From Psychrobacter sp. DM4 (GTDB taxonomy: Bacteria; Pseudomonadota; Gammaproteobacteria; Pseudomonadales; Moraxellaceae): a stretch of 32,000 nt of DNA. The stretch covers positions 1,020,001 through 1,052,000 of the forward strand of contig NZ_CP195536.1 in assembly GCF_051307035.1 (NCBI RefSeq), written 5' to 3'. This document shows, one piece after another, positions 19,217-27,068 of this stretch. Under the pieces are notes generated by a model, which was not told where the DNA came from, did not search any database, and saw only the letters and a list, made by a program, of their open reading frames with translations. The position numbers and the translations under genes were made by a program. How positions within the stretch are numbered: position 1 is the first letter of the stretch; every line of letters starts with the position of its first letter.

Positions 19217-20596
19217 ATGGCAATCTGGGATTTATTGAGACCGCCAACGTTAGCTAAAGATGAAGAGATTTATCAATTTGACTATCCAGAAGTATTCGTT
19301 CTGCTATTTAGTGTCGCGCTTATCGCCCTATACTTTAATTTTAGTCCTTCTTCTATGGCGCTACTTGTAATCATCAGCTTACCAACACTGATGATATTGG
19401 TTTATAACTATCGACGTCAAACTAGTTTTTGGACGTCCAATATCGTTGTTTTTTTACTCTCAGTTGTCATAGGATCAGTCCAACTCTGTACGGTTATTTC
19501 GCTGAGCTTAGCCTTACTTGTCGGTGTGCGTATTATCGTCAGTCATCCTGAAAACCGCATCAAACTGGCGACGGTTTCAATCGTAACCATCCTCATCTTT
19601 TATTATGTTAGTGTCACCTTAAATGGGGCTGGTATGGACTGTGAGGGCAGCTGGCTACCTCCAATGATATTGCTGGCCAGTAGCCTAGTCATGCTTTTCC
19701 AATTTCAATATTTTTATCGCAAATATATAACTTTTGAGTCAAGTGTTGCTCAGTCCACTAAGCGCTTGACTACTATGGTCTCAGTTATTAACAAACTCAC
19801 CCGTTTTGTACCGCCGCAGATCTGGCAACCTATCGTAAAAACAGATAGTCCGGTTAGCGTTTCGAACAAACGCGTTAAGTTGTCTATCATGTTCTCTGAT
19901 ATTGCAGGGTTTACAGAATTATCAGACAGTCTTAGTGCAGATAATCTAGCAGACATCCTAAACACTTATATGTATTGCATGACTACAATCGCAAGCAAAC
20001 ATGGTGCTGTACTCGATAAGTTTATCGGTGATGGCATGGTATGTTTTTTTGGCGAGCCTGATAGTCGCGGCGCGCGTCAAGATGCTTTGGACTGCGTAGC
20101 GATGGCCGTAGATATGCGCCGTGAGATGCGCTCGCTACGACAAAGATGGCGGCTATTAGGGTTTGATGGTCTCGACATACGTATCGGTGTCACAACGGGC
20201 TACTGTCATGTTGGTAATTTTGGTAGTAGTAGTCGCCTAAGTTATACGCTTATAGGTAGAGAGGCAAACTTGGCATCAAGGCTTGAGCTTAGTGCTAACA
20301 AGGGTGAGATTTTAATCAGTCAGAATACTTATGATTACATCTGTCATGACTACGAGTGTCAGTTCGCGGGTGACTACGAGCTAAAAGGCTTTGACGACAA
20401 AGTTAGTGCTTGGCAAGTATTAGATCCAGATATCAATAGTGGTCGTTTGTCCAAATGGATTGATCAGACGCTACCTGGATTTAACTTGCATTTGAACTTT
20501 AAAGACATGAAGGACGATGACTATAAAGACATTAGACGCGGTCTGCACTTGGCACTTGAGCGTATGCAAGAAGAAGAAAAAAATCCTGAATCCTAA
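19217..20596 (+). CDS. Membrane-anchored class III adenylate/guanylate cyclase
   Basis: The N-terminal ~170 aa contain about 6 hydrophobic helices. The C-terminal CYCc domain has the metal-binding Asp residues in IMFSDIAGFT and KFIGDGMV, a purine-specifying Lys (DKFIGDG), and the transition-state N/R in EANLASRLE. Confidence 0.85.
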   Translation: MAIWDLLRPPTLAKDEEIYQFDYPEVFVLLFSVALIALYFNFSPSSMALLVIISLPTLMILVYNYRRQTSFWTSNIVVFLLSVVIGSVQLCTVISLSLALLVGVRIIVSHPENRIKLATVSIVTILIFYYVSVTLNGAGMDCEGSWLPPMILLASSLVMLFQFQYFYRKYITFESSVAQSTKRLTTMVSVINKLTRFVPPQIWQPIVKTDSPVSVSNKRVKLSIMFSDIAGFTELSDSLSADNLADILNTYMYCMTTIASKHGAVLDKFIGDGMVCFFGEPDSRGARQDALDCVAMAVDMRREMRSLRQRWRLLGFDGLDIRIGVTTGYCHVGNFGSSSRLSYTLIGREANLASRLELSANKGEILISQNTYDYICHDYECQFAGDYELKGFDDKVSAWQVLDPDINSGRLSKWIDQTLPGFNLHLNFKDMKDDDYKDIRRGLHLALERMQEEEKNPES

Positions 20597-20612
20597 AGTA
20601 GACTTATTTATT

Positions 20613-20650
20613 AAAAAAAGCCAGTTATTACGTAATAACTGGCTTTTTTT
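20613..20650. terminator. Bidirectional terminator between the cyclase gene (+) and fdx (-)
   Basis: A 24-nt perfect palindrome, GCCAGTTATTACGTAATAACTGGC, is flanked by AAAAAAA and TTTTTTT. Confidence 0.85.
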
Positions 20651-20668
20651 CATCAAACATCTTAAAGT

Positions 20669-21007
20669 TTAGTGATTCTCTTTGGCATGATTGAGCGTAT
20701 ATTTAGGAATCTCGATAGTTAAGTCTTCATCTTCTAACATAACCTGACAAGAGAGTCGTGAGTCAGGCTCTAACCCCCAAGCACGATCTAGTAGATCAGC
20801 CTCAATATCATCCATCTCATCTAAACTACTAAAACCTTTGCGTACCACTACATGACAGGTGGTACAGGCTTTTGACATCTCGCAGGCGTGCTCAATCTTA
20901 ATGCCCTTTTCTAACAGCGCTTTGCATAAATTATCGCCAGCTTTTAGCTCAACTTCAGCGCCTTCTGGGCAAGTTTCAAAATGAGGGAGTACAGTGATTT
21001 TTGGCAT
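20669..21007 (-). CDS. fdx: ISC-system [2Fe-2S] ferredoxin
   Basis: MPKITVLPHFETCPEGAE... is colinear with E. coli Fdx (MPKIVILPHQDLCPDGA). Cluster cysteines lie in HACEMSKACTTCHV and SRLSCQV. Start at 21007; the longer ORF to 21037 adds 10 implausible residues. Confidence 0.93.
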   Translation of the reverse strand: MPKITVLPHFETCPEGAEVELKAGDNLCKALLEKGIKIEHACEMSKACTTCHVVVRKGFSSLDEMDDIEADLLDRAWGLEPDSRLSCQVMLEDEDLTIEIPKYTLNHAKENH

Positions 21008-21126
21008 AAAATAGATATCCGCTACTAATATATTCAAAGGATTAATTTAATATTGTATTTTGCTTGAGTAAAATTCTTAAGAGGTACTCTTAGTTTCAAA
21101 GCTACACTCAAATAACGCCCCACATA

Positions 21127-23004
21127 TTACCAATCTTGCGCACTTGTACCTGCCATACTAGTCTTAACACTTTGATTCATGATGAGAGCTGCAAAAGCAT
21201 CGCTATGGGGTTTAAGATTAGCCTGTTTGGTTTCTATATTTGTTAGATCATCGGTTGCAAGGGCAGAGTGCAACTCTTGCATATGGTCAGTCAGTTGCTT
21301 CTGCGCATCCTTCGTCAGCAAAGCTGCAAAATCTTTGAGTGCTGATTGCAAAGCTAACAGCTCACGCTCTGCTTCTACTTTTGTCTCTATCATCGAGCGC
21401 GCTTGCTTGTCCTCTTCTGCATGTTTGAATCCTGCGATGAGTAGCTGCTCTTTTTGTTCATCTGAGAGACCATAAGTAGGTTTTATCTCGATCTGACTTT
21501 CTGTCTTGGTGGTTGTCTCTTGAGCACTTACTATCAACTGTCCATTGGCATCAATGCTAAAGGTCACCTCAATACGAGCAAAACCGGCCTTCATGGGCGG
21601 TATACCATAGAGCTCAAAGCGCCCAAGCGAACGGCAGTTATCAACCGTCTCGCGCTCACCTTGAACCACATGGATAACCATACCATTTTGACCATCTTGG
21701 TAAGTAGTAAACACTTGGCGTTTTTTGACAGGGATAGGGGTATTTCGTGGAATCAGCACCTCTACCAAGCCTCCCATGGTTTCAAGCCCAAGAGAGAGTG
21801 GGGTCACGTCGAGCAGTAATAGATTGCTGTCACTGTTACCATTGACCAGCTGATGTGCGGTTTGCGCTGCGCCCAGAGCGACCACTTCATCGGGATTTAG
21901 ACTAGATAAAGGCGCTGTCTCAAAAAACTCAGTGACCACTTGCTGTACCGCTGGCATGCGCGTTGAGCCGCCAACCAAAATAACCTCGTCAAGATCTTGA
22001 GCCGTCAGTTTGGCATCACGTAGGACTTGCTCGCAAACGATCAGGGTACGGCGATTGACTGGATCAGCAATCGTTATCAGGTCTTGACGAGTCAATATAC
22101 CTTCAAAAGACTGACCATTGACGAAAAGCGAGATATCAACTTGCTCTTGCTCGCTCAGCGCCTGTTTGTAAGCTTTGGCTTGTTGAGCTAGTACAGACTT
22201 ATCGTGTAAGCTCACATCGGCTGGCAAAATATCCATCTGCTTGATAAGCCAATTGGTCAACAGACGATCGATATCATCACCGCCAAGAGCACTATTACCA
22301 CCAGTAGCCAATACTTCAAATACGCCGTCAGTGAGTTTTAATATAGAGACATCAAAAGTGCCACCACCTAAGTCATAGATGAGATAATAACGAGCTACAT
22401 TGTCTTTAGTTGGTTTATCCAAACCATAAGCCACTGCCGCAGCGGTTGGTTCATTTAATAGCCTTAAAACATTGATACCCGCAGCCTGAGCGGCGTCTTT
22501 GGTAGCTTGACGCTGTGCTTCATCGAAATAAGCAGGTACTGTGATGACTGCACCCTCAATGCTATCAATAGGTAGAGCGCTACTAGCACGCTGCTCAAGC
22601 GCCATCAAGATACGTGCTGAGACCTCAACGGGGGATACCTCACCCTGAGGGGTCACAAACGCTGGCATATCATCAGCACTACCTGTTAACTCGTAAGGGT
22701 GCGAAAATTTGATATCCGCTTGACTGCGACCCATAAAACGCTTAGCTGAGATGATGGTATTTTTAGGATCATCTACTACATGAGCCAATGCGCGCGCACC
22801 GACCAAAGGATTACCGCTGACTGGATAATAAACGACGGAGGGCAACAAAGTATCTACGCTGTCATTTGCTTCTAATACCTGAGCTTTACCTGAGCGTACC
22901 ACAGCGACCAAAGATCGCGTCGTCCCCAAATCAATACCAATACCAAAACGATGCTGATGAGGTTGTGCACTTTGGTTGGGTTCGGCAATTTGCATTAAAG
23001 ACAT
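21127..23004 (-). CDS. hscA: Fe-S cluster assembly Hsp70-type chaperone HscA
   Basis: The N-terminus MSLMQIAEPNQSAQPHQHRFGIGIDLGTTRSLVA aligns with E. coli HscA ([34 protein letters not shown]). Hsp70 motifs such as VITVPAYFDEAQRQATKDAA are present. Confidence 0.96.
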   Translation of the reverse strand: MSLMQIAEPNQSAQPHQHRFGIGIDLGTTRSLVAVVRSGKAQVLEANDSVDTLLPSVVYYPVSGNPLVGARALAHVVDDPKNTIISAKRFMGRSQADIKFSHPYELTGSADDMPAFVTPQGEVSPVEVSARILMALEQRASSALPIDSIEGAVITVPAYFDEAQRQATKDAAQAAGINVLRLLNEPTAAAVAYGLDKPTKDNVARYYLIYDLGGGTFDVSILKLTDGVFEVLATGGNSALGGDDIDRLLTNWLIKQMDILPADVSLHDKSVLAQQAKAYKQALSEQEQVDISLFVNGQSFEGILTRQDLITIADPVNRRTLIVCEQVLRDAKLTAQDLDEVILVGGSTRMPAVQQVVTEFFETAPLSSLNPDEVVALGAAQTAHQLVNGNSDSNLLLLDVTPLSLGLETMGGLVEVLIPRNTPIPVKKRQVFTTYQDGQNGMVIHVVQGERETVDNCRSLGRFELYGIPPMKAGFARIEVTFSIDANGQLIVSAQETTTKTESQIEIKPTYGLSDEQKEQLLIAGFKHAEEDKQARSMIETKVEAERELLALQSALKDFAALLTKDAQKQLTDHMQELHSALATDDLTNIETKQANLKPHSDAFAALIMNQSVKTSMAGTSAQDW

Positions 23005-23115
23005 AGGATAACTCAGATCTGATAAATATGAATAATTGGTAATTATACGGTATTAAAAATGCTATTCAATGGGCTCTATAGCATAGTAAGTAGTAGTGCT
23101 AAAATTAGGCATGTG

Positions 23116-23715
23116 TTAGACATATAAGTCATCATCGTCTGCCTGAATATTAGTAGCAACTGCATCGAGACCAGACTTAACATCTGCTTCTAATTTGACA
23201 AGAAATTTTAGTTTTTGTGTAGCATCAATGGCCTGTTGCCAGTCTTGCTGCTCATAAGCGCTGCTAAATCTTTCGGACTGCGTTTGGATACGTTTGGCTA
23301 TTTGGGGATGTAGCTGTTGTAACGCGACTTGATTACCAGACTCTATAGCCTCATCCAAATCAACGCGCATATCCATAGCATCGTCTAAAAAGTCCAAATC
23401 TGCGATAGACTGCTCAATTGTGATAGCTTGACCCTGTATATCGAGTAAGTAACCTGCGCGGCTATCAGGTGCACTTAACGTCTGATAAGCCTGATTGATC
23501 AGTGCTGATGTGCGTTCTGATTGCTGTTTGGCTTGAGTAGCATTATCGATGTTTTTAGCGACATTATCAGGATGGTAGCGCTTTTGTAGAACACGTAAGC
23601 GCTGATCGAGAGCGTCTTTGTCAATATCAAAGGTGATAGGCTGCTCAAATAAAGCAAAAAAATTATCGAATTTGGTTTCTGAGATATCTTCTGGCTTTAT
23701 AGTACTATCCATCAT
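23116..23715 (-). CDS. hscB: Fe-S cluster co-chaperone HscB (J-domain)
   Basis: J-domain with HPD (LQKRYHPDNV), a helical C-terminal domain, and a position between iscA and hscA. It has an N-terminal extension of about 15 aa relative to E. coli. Confidence 0.85.
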   Translation of the reverse strand: MMDSTIKPEDISETKFDNFFALFEQPITFDIDKDALDQRLRVLQKRYHPDNVAKNIDNATQAKQQSERTSALINQAYQTLSAPDSRAGYLLDIQGQAITIEQSIADLDFLDDAMDMRVDLDEAIESGNQVALQQLHPQIAKRIQTQSERFSSAYEQQDWQQAIDATQKLKFLVKLEADVKSGLDAVATNIQADDDDLYV

Positions 23716-23788
23716 AATTGCAGCCTAAATTCTTATTATTTAAGAGTACGGTATTTAAGGTGATGCCGTAAAAACAGTATCCAAGGAT

Positions 23789-24109
23789 CTAAACGGTAAA
23801 AGACTCACCGCAACCGCATTCACCTTTTTGGTTTGGGTTGCTAAACTTGAATCCTTCGTTCAGCCCTTCTTTTTCGTAATCCATTAGCAAACCATCTAAA
23901 TAAACAAGGCTTTTTGGATCAATAAATATACTTACACCGCGGCTATCATAACGAGTGTCATTATCATCAGGAATATCTACAAACTCTAGGACATAAGCCA
24001 ATCCTGAACAGCCAGCAGTACGGATACCAACACGAATGCCATCGCCTTTGCCGCGATTATCCAGAAAATCTCGAACATGCTTAGCGGCGCGTTCTGTCAT
24101 CTCAATCAT
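23789..24109 (-). CDS. iscA: Iron-sulfur cluster assembly A-type carrier IscA
   Basis: Conserved cysteines in AGCSGLAY and the C-terminal [17 protein letters not shown] upstream. Confidence 0.93.
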   Translation of the reverse strand: MIEMTERAAKHVRDFLDNRGKGDGIRVGIRTAGCSGLAYVLEFVDIPDDNDTRYDSRGVSIFIDPKSLVYLDGLLMDYEKEGLNEGFKFSNPNQKGECGCGESFTV

Positions 24110-24176
24110 GACGACTCCTATTAATAGTTAATAATCGGTAGTAACTACTCTTGTTATTCAATCCTAATACAAACTA

Positions 24177-24212
24177 AAAGGTGACAATAGCATAAGCGTG
24201 ATTGTCACCTTT
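24177..24212 (-). terminator. Intra-operon hairpin (possible partial terminator/attenuator) between iscU and iscA
   Basis: A perfect 12-bp stem, AAAGGTGACAAT / ATTGTCACCTTT, with a 12-nt loop. On the transcribed (-) strand the stem ends in TTTT then agtttg, about 55 nt after the iscU stop. Confidence 0.35.
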
Positions 24213-24267
24213 ATGACCTAAGCGGCTTTTTAGATACTTAAGTAATTAAAACGATAAAGTTTAAAAT

Positions 24268-24672
24268 TTAGCTAATAGCAGCTTCAGACTTACTACCATG
24301 CTTACCTTTGTAATCAGTAATAGCAGCTTTAATGGCATCTTCAGCAAGTACTGAACAATGCACTTTCACTGGTGGTAGAGCAAGCTCTTGTGCGATGTCA
24401 TTGTTCTTGATCTCACCTGCTTGGTCAAGACTTTTACCTTTGAGCCACTCAGTAACAAGTGAGCTTGAGGCAATCGCTGAGCCGCAGCCATAAGTTTTGA
24501 AACGAGCATCTTCAATGATACCGTTATCATCCACTTGGATTTGTAAGCGCATGACATCACCGCAAGCAGGTGCACCAACCATGCCAGTACCGACATTTTT
24601 AGCATTTTTGTCAAGGTTGCCAACGTTGCGTGGGTTTTCGTAATGATCGATAACTTGGTCGCTATAGGCCAT
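24268..24672 (-). CDS. iscU: Fe-S cluster assembly scaffold IscU
   Basis: GAPACGDVMRLQI, YGCGSAIASSS, LPPVKVHCSVLAEDA: all three cluster-ligand cysteines and the LPPVK HscA-binding motif. AGGAG SD upstream. Confidence 0.96.
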   Translation of the reverse strand: MAYSDQVIDHYENPRNVGNLDKNAKNVGTGMVGAPACGDVMRLQIQVDDNGIIEDARFKTYGCGSAIASSSLVTEWLKGKSLDQAGEIKNNDIAQELALPPVKVHCSVLAEDAIKAAITDYKGKHGSKSEAAIS

Positions 24673-24797
24673 GAGTTTTCTCCTGGTTAGATGATGAGTA
24701 AATGTTTATTCGCTCTAAGCTAATCTTAAAACAACTTACTCATCGATAATTGGGGTCAAACATTAATGATATAATTACAATGTTCTATACTATGTTT

Positions 24798-24826
24798 TAA
24801 TTTAGCTGAGTTTCTAATTTAGCTGA
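24798..24826. repeat. Exact 12-nt direct repeat TAATTTAGCTGA x2 (period 17) in the iscS-iscU spacer
   Basis: Read directly: copies at 24798-24809 and 24815-24826. An 8-nt repeat ATTCAACT x2 follows nearby at 24836-24856. Confidence 0.7.
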
Positions 24827-24862
24827 TATCTATCGATTCAACTAATTCATTCAACTGATATA

Positions 24863-26080
24863 TTAGTGCTCAGCCCATTCCACTGAATCTAAATCAACGC
24901 CGTCTTGATACATGTCCCATAGTGGGGATAGAGCGCGTAATTTGTCAACCGCTTCATGCATCTGCTTAATAACTCTGTCGATGTCGTCTGCCGTAGTATA
25001 ACGACCGAAGCTGAAGCGAATAGAGCTATGTGCCAGCTCGTCAGGACGTCCAATAGCACGTAGTACGTATGACGGCTCAAGTGTCGCTGAGGTACAAGCT
25101 GAACCTGACGATACTGCCAAATCCTTTAACGACATCATCAGCGATTCACCTTCGACAAAGTTAAAGCTGATATTGACAATGTTTGGTACGCTATGCTCTA
25201 AATCGCCATTTAGATATATCTCTTCGATATCTTGCAAACCATCCCAAAGCTTTTGACGTAACTTAGCAGCGTGCTCGCGATCTTCTTCACGCTTTTCTTC
25301 TGCTAGGCTAAAGGCTGCACCTAAAGCAACAATTTGATGCGTAGGCAATGTACCTGAACGCATACCGCGCTCATGACCACCGCCATGTTGCTCAGCTTTT
25401 AGACGGATACGAGGTTTGCGGCGAACAAATAAAGCGCCGATACCTTTAGGGCCGTAAGCTTTGTGACCTGAGAAACTCATTAAATCGACTTTAGTCTTCT
25501 CGACATCAATGGCTACTTTACCAACAGCTTGAGCTGCATCAACATGAAAAACAACACCAGCAGCGCGGGTAATCTCACCAATCGCATCGATATCCGTAAC
25601 GGTTCCAAGCTCATTATTGACAACCATCAAAGAGACCAAGATAGTGTCTTCGCGTAGTGCTTCTTTGACTTGTTCTGGCAGAATAAGTCCTGTGCTTTTT
25701 TGCGGCTCAAGATAAGTAATCTCAAAGCCTTCTTGCTCAAGCTCACGGCAAGTATCCAGTACTGCTTTGTGCTCAATTTTGCTGGTGATAATATGCTTGC
25801 CACGCGATTGATAAAAATGTGCTGCCCCTTTAATCGCTAAATTATCAGACTCAGTAGCACCAGAGGTGAATACAATCTCGCGAGGGTCGGCATTGATGAC
25901 TTCAGCGACTTGACCACGAGCTGTCTCGACAGCTTCTTCAGCCTGCCAGCCATAGCCATGCGAGCGTGACGCTGGATTACCAAAGACGCCATCTACAGTC
26001 AGGTATTCGCTCATTTTGGCAGCTACAGATTTGGCAACTGGTGTTGTAGCAGCGTAGTCTAAATAGATAAGTTGGTTCAT
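24863..26080 (-). CDS. iscS: Cysteine desulfurase IscS
   Basis: PLP-lysine motif [14 protein letters not shown], the active-site Cys loop SSGSACTS, and the C-terminal WAEH typical of IscS. Confidence 0.96.
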   Translation of the reverse strand: MNQLIYLDYAATTPVAKSVAAKMSEYLTVDGVFGNPASRSHGYGWQAEEAVETARGQVAEVINADPREIVFTSGATESDNLAIKGAAHFYQSRGKHIITSKIEHKAVLDTCRELEQEGFEITYLEPQKSTGLILPEQVKEALREDTILVSLMVVNNELGTVTDIDAIGEITRAAGVVFHVDAAQAVGKVAIDVEKTKVDLMSFSGHKAYGPKGIGALFVRRKPRIRLKAEQHGGGHERGMRSGTLPTHQIVALGAAFSLAEEKREEDREHAAKLRQKLWDGLQDIEEIYLNGDLEHSVPNIVNISFNFVEGESLMMSLKDLAVSSGSACTSATLEPSYVLRAIGRPDELAHSSIRFSFGRYTTADDIDRVIKQMHEAVDKLRALSPLWDMYQDGVDLDSVEWAEH

Positions 26081-26586
26081 GCTGGATTGGCCTCGCTAAT
26101 CGATAAAGTAATAGTATTGATATCTTGGATAATATTGTCATTACTTGCGTTATTTTGTCGTTCGGATACTGTCCTTACGTTCTTCATATCTAATAATTGC
26201 GCTAAAGTTATGTTTTTCAAGTACTGCTCAATATGATTGGATAGAGCGCACCATAGATCATGAGTCAAGCACATACTGCCGCCTTGACAATCGCCACGTC
26301 CCTCACATTGCATAGCATTAACGGACTCATCGACAGCTGATATGATACTCATCACGTCAATCTCATCGAGAGGTTTTGCTAGATAGTAACCCCCTGATGC
26401 ACCGCGTATGCTCGACACCAAACCGCGCTTTCGAAGTTTGGAGAACAGTTGCTCAAGGTAGGATATGGAGATAGATTGACGTTTGGCAATATCCGATAAT
26501 GATACCGCACCGTCCTGCTGATTAGACTGTAACGCCAAGTCTAATAGTGCGGTTACCGCATATCTACCTCGAGTAGTCAAACGCAT
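26077..26586 (-). CDS. iscR: Fe-S cluster assembly transcriptional regulator IscR (Rrf2 family)
   Basis: Rrf2 wHTH ([42 protein letters not shown]) and cluster ligands C-x5-C-x5-C-x2-H ([16 protein letters not shown]). The stop overlaps the iscS start (ATGA). GGAG SD upstream. Confidence 0.9.
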   Translation of the reverse strand: MRLTTRGRYAVTALLDLALQSNQQDGAVSLSDIAKRQSISISYLEQLFSKLRKRGLVSSIRGASGGYYLAKPLDEIDVMSIISAVDESVNAMQCEGRGDCQGGSMCLTHDLWCALSNHIEQYLKNITLAQLLDMKNVRTVSERQNNASNDNIIQDINTITLSISEANPA

Positions 26587-26706
26587 AAGTTATCTCCAAA
26601 CCATTCAGTTATAGATCTAATAACAATCATATAGTGCTATCAATAAAAGGAAGCGCTGCGTTATTAAACAACAGCATATAAACTGATAATAGGTAACGAT
26701 GTGTTC

Positions 26707-26740
26707 ATTATACTTAATCCTGACTAAATTAGTCAAGATT
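26707..26740 (-). promoter_or_regulatory. iscR promoter with overlapping IscR type-1 operator
   Basis: On the minus strand: TTGACT (26736-26731), an 18-nt spacer, then TATAAT (26712-26707). A 15-bp perfect palindrome TGACTAAATTAGTCA (26721-26735) covers the -35. It fits the core of the published type-1 consensus ATASYYGACTRWWWYAGTCRRSTAT and resembles my recollection (unverified) of the E. coli iscR-promoter site, CCCGACTAAATCAGTCAAG. Confidence 0.6.
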
Positions 26741-26958
26741 AAAATGTGGTTGAATGGTTAATCGCATATATCACTAAGATTGATAAAAACAATCATGCAT
26801 CGGAGCAGTCTATACAAGTAATAACGACGCTTTTATTAAAGGTTTTAAAGATAACAAGCTGATAGCTGGAACGTCTAACGTACTTAGAAACTGTTACTCG
26901 GCTATAGATAAAGGGTATGAAAGATAGAAGGTATGCACCTAGCACTAAACAGTTAGCG

Positions 26959-26988
26959 CTAGGTCTCAGTGTTCTAGGTATCAGTGTT
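26959..26988. repeat. 15-bp tandem repeat CTAGGT[C/A]TCAGTGTT x2
   Basis: Read directly: copies at 26959-26973 and 26974-26988 with one mismatch. Flanked by further CCTAG/CTAGG inverted copies (26938-26943, 27024-27029). Confidence 0.8.
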
Positions 26989-27068
26989 GTAGAATAACAG
27001 TATGAAGTTTTGAGTCATTGACTACCTAGTGTGCAGTCAAGCTAGCAAGCAATAAAATTATGTCGCCG

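Noticed and set aside
19217-20596. Cyclase as part of a Pycsar/CBASS-type antiphage signalling system
   Set aside because: There is no adjacent effector gene with a cNMP-binding, TIR, patatin or extra TM domain. The gene is flanked by strong terminators and housekeeping genes (HIT, fdx). The purine-type specificity Lys is present. The context fits an ordinary membrane-bound signalling cyclase.
21179-21819. Two ~98-aa plus-strand ORFs antisense to hscA
   Set aside because: They are embedded in hscA. They have no SD, and their composition (Cys/Ser/Ala-rich) is consistent with antisense translation.
24366-24623. 85-aa same-strand alternative-frame ORF inside iscU, and similar alternative-frame ORFs in iscS (24889-25080), mfd (15364-15585, 17464-17697), tadA and ung
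   Set aside because: All are nested in strongly supported genes and lack independent start signals or recognisable motifs. The ORF-track length threshold alone explains them.
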